Shown here: piece by piece, positions 50,401-50,483 of the stretch
How positions within the stretch are numbered: position 1 is the stretch's first letter
How the letters are laid out: each line of letters begins with the position of its first letter
Origin: Nemertoderma westbladi
Lineage: Eukaryota > Animalia > Xenacoelomorpha
Reading direction: 5' to 3'
Length of the DNA stretch: 50,483 nt
Assembly (NCBI GenBank): GCA_032718475.1
Contig: JAUCBJ010002258.1
Location: 1-50,483 of the forward strand
Program-made: the position numbers and the translations under genes
Notes under the pieces: model-generated
The model's database searches: none
Told to the model about the DNA's origin: nothing
What the model saw: only the letters and a program-made list of their open reading frames with translations

Positions 50401-50483
50401 GCTCGGCTCGGCTCGGCTCGGCTCGGCTCGGCTCGGCTCGGCTCGGCTCGGCTCGGCTCGGCTCGGCTCGGCTCGGCTCGGCT
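47474..50483. repeat. (GGCTC)n satellite, array 2 (runs off the window)
   Basis: Same degenerate entry sequence as array 1 (CTCGGCTCGGTCTTGCACGATTGGGCACGATTAAG...). Confidence 0.98.

Larger units (their letters stand above)
36338..50483 (-). mobile_element. Head-to-tail array of non-autonomous Helitron-like elements (7 units, last one incomplete)
   Basis: Unit boundaries at ~36338, 37451, 38948, 40423, 41903, 43335 and 47408. On minus each ends in hairpin CGGGCCGCTAGGCCCG followed by TC(A/T)CTAG|T (first unit variant); starts carry CGATTTTGATGAAATTT and in most units a (CTGA)n-like microsatellite, as in Lep1-type Helitrons; no TSDs, no RepHel. Confidence 0.8.

Noticed and set aside
47474-50483. 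(GGCTC)n as a telomeric repeat
   Set aside because: The array is embedded in Helitron ends, interrupted by non-repeat sequence and rich in variants; nothing shows a chromosome end.

Overview
Eukaryotic (animal, probably invertebrate) genomic DNA made mostly of nested transposable elements. Host gene pieces are an F-type lectin-like terminal exon (+, 1840-2047), the terminal exon of PPME1 (-, 14812-15251) and an intronless 5' half of TPRA1 (+, 18011-18498) that is cut off by a retroelement. Positions 2.5-10.5 kb hold a dead L2/CR1-group LINE that was partly duplicated at a Tc1/mariner insertion site; one copy later received a hAT insertion. Positions 18.5-36.3 kb are a large degenerate BEL/Pao retrotransposon with a very long gag, a probable internal inversion, a Tc1-type insertion, and an extra ~500-codon non-env ORF of unknown family. 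Its LTR architecture is ambiguous. From 36.3 kb to the end is a head-to-tail array of non-autonomous Helitron-like units, the last two carrying >3 kb (GGCTC)n satellite with higher-order structure. All calls come from reading the sequence by eye; no database searches or alignments were run.
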